This document shows, piece after piece, positions 62,271 through 64,000 of a stretch of 64,000 nucleotides of DNA (position 1 is the first letter of the stretch; each line of letters begins with the position of its first letter). This DNA comes from Spizellomyces punctatus DAOM BR117 (Eukaryota). A program made the translations under genes and the position numbers. The notes beneath the pieces are model-generated. The model worked only from the letters and a program-made list of their open reading frames with translations. It was not told the DNA's origin and ran no database searches. The DNA is taken from NCBI GenBank assembly GCA_000182565.2, contig KQ257461.1. One strand, written 5' to 3'.

Positions 62271-63057
62271 GAAAGTGATCCGTTCGATGACGAGCGGATG
62301 TCGAGGAGAGTAATGCTCTCGAATATTCAAATGTATTTAATATTAATTCCAGGTCGATTACTGTTACCAAACTCTCACTCTCCCTCGCTCTTGTAAGCCA
62401 AAGCTCTTAGGAGGTGCCTTTGAATTACAGCGACAGAGAAATAACATTCTGGTGATCGTTGCGTTATCTCTCATTGTTGAGCAGTTGTATGGGTACTCTC
62501 CACAAAAGAACGCCGGCAGGTTCTGATGAACATAGTTTGGTCTTGGTAAAAAAGGGCAGCAAAAAAATGCATGTAGATCATGATGAACATTGTTTGCTCT
62601 GATTCATCCTATTCGTCGTTTGGTCCGAGTCGTCCGTGGCAGTTGGCGCTAAAATTCAAAGAAAGCCGGTAGATCACTAATCAACATCTTTTGGTCCTGG
62701 TAAGTCATACGGATGTAAAATTCTTTTGGGGCCCCGTATGTCCCATATCATATTGCCAAGGGTCCTGTATGTATTCTTATTAGACATTATTAGATAAAAG
62801 AGCCTTCAAAAGTTGGATATAAAAATAAACCTTAAAGGTGACCCACAGCCGTTTTTGTTAAATTTGAACTACTACTTGCAGAGCCGCTTTTAATTATAAT
62901 GGGGACTTTGAGTTGGGGCGCGTTTTGCTTCTGATATCTAGATCGGTTTCAAGGTTACTTATCACTTTGTAGTAAGTTTTCTATCGTCCATGCGCAATAT
63001 AAAAGAGAGGGAAGCCGACAATTCGCATCGCTTGGTCAAAGACATTTGATTTACAGA

Positions 63058-64000
63058 ATGACCTTCATTACTTTATTGTATGCTCTGGCCATCTTACCAT
63101 CTCTCTATGCGGCACCTACTCTTCTTCGTCGGGCGGATAACCCTATACTTCCAGAACAAACACTCGTTAAGTTGACTGTCAGTCTCTCACTTGCTTTTAT
63201 CCAATATACCAATCTAATTTTATCCCACTAGACCCTTCTCGATAACGTTGCCTCCACGACTGATAATACATCCTGGACTGTAAATGTCTATGGATATTTG
63301 ACCACGAGCCTGGCCAACTCCCCCATCAAAGACATTATCTCCCTCTTCTCACTTAATCCCAATGCAGAGGATCTTACGCGGCTAGAGGAACGCATTAAAC
63401 TGTTTAGTGTCATTGGCGTTCAGAAGCAGCCGATCACCGTCCAACTGCCCGCGTTCGCTAAAGCAGCTGGACAGCAAACAGTGACCTTGGAACCAACATC
63501 TGTGGCCGGTGAAATCAACACGACATTCACAATCACAGCCGATGTAGCCGGGAAGCCCGATGCCACTTTAGATTATAAAGCGGTGCTTGACCCTTCTGAC
63601 AAGCGTGACGTTGGTGGGCGCGCATTCCTTGTGCCTAGCGAAGGGTACTCTATTATTTCGGATATTGATGTAGGTCGCCGTCTACTCCATGAGAAAGGTT
63701 GTGCACACAAACTGAAAACCATTTTGATTATGCATCCAGGATACCATCAAAATCAGTGAAGTCAACGACAAAAAAAAGCTGTTGGACAATACGTTCCTAA
63801 AACCATTCACTCCTGTTCCTCAGATGTCTGACCTCTACAACAAATTGGCGAGTGGGCTTCGCGAGACCAACCAGAACCCGGCCTTCCACTACCTCAGTGG
63901 ATCCCCGTGGAATCTTTTTAGACCTCTCCTGAACTTTACTCAAGAGTTCAAATTTCCTCCCGGCCAGTTCATTTTGCGTGACTTGGCAGTTCTGGACGGG
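63058..64000 (+). CDS. APP1-type phosphatidate phosphatase domain protein (DUF2183) with signal peptide; 3'-partial
   Basis: Signal MTFITLLYALAILPSLYA; GYSIISDID|DTIKISEV (DxDxT), NTFLKPF..VPQMSDLY, FHYLSGSPWNLF and FPPGQFILRD. Confidence 0.85.

Overview
Gene-dense eukaryotic DNA with short GT-AG introns (about 50-100 nt). The gene content (myosin-motor chitin synthase, hybrid phytochrome, Blm10 ending in YYA) is fungal, and an early-diverging chytrid-like lineage is inferred but not proven. About 21 protein-coding genes can be rebuilt by manual splicing: a heme-oxygenase-like diiron (HDO) enzyme, an orphan scaffold with FFAT/RVxF motifs, Blm10/PA200, a bromodomain-GATA-ET protein, a phytochrome histidine kinase head-to-head with a class V-type chitin synthase, three single-pass surface proteins (kelch-TM-SH3, mucin-TM-SH3, kelch-TM), a secreted Cys-rich protein, a Cys-to-Ser pseudo-USP head-to-head with an intact USP, TMEM135, a GlpA-like FAD/[2Fe-2S] oxidoreductase, an SDR, a Myb microprotein, a citrate-type mitochondrial carrier, a STE20 kinase with a CRIB-like motif, and a secreted APP1-type phosphatase cut by the window end. 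One 280-nt assembly gap lies inside Blm10. No rRNA, tRNA, CRISPR or transposase was recognised. The best novelty candidates are the bromo-GATA-ET fusion, the pseudo-USP/USP pair, the kelch/SH3 receptor cluster, the multi-module HDO enzyme and the compact phytochrome. Splice sites were read by eye and no database search was run.
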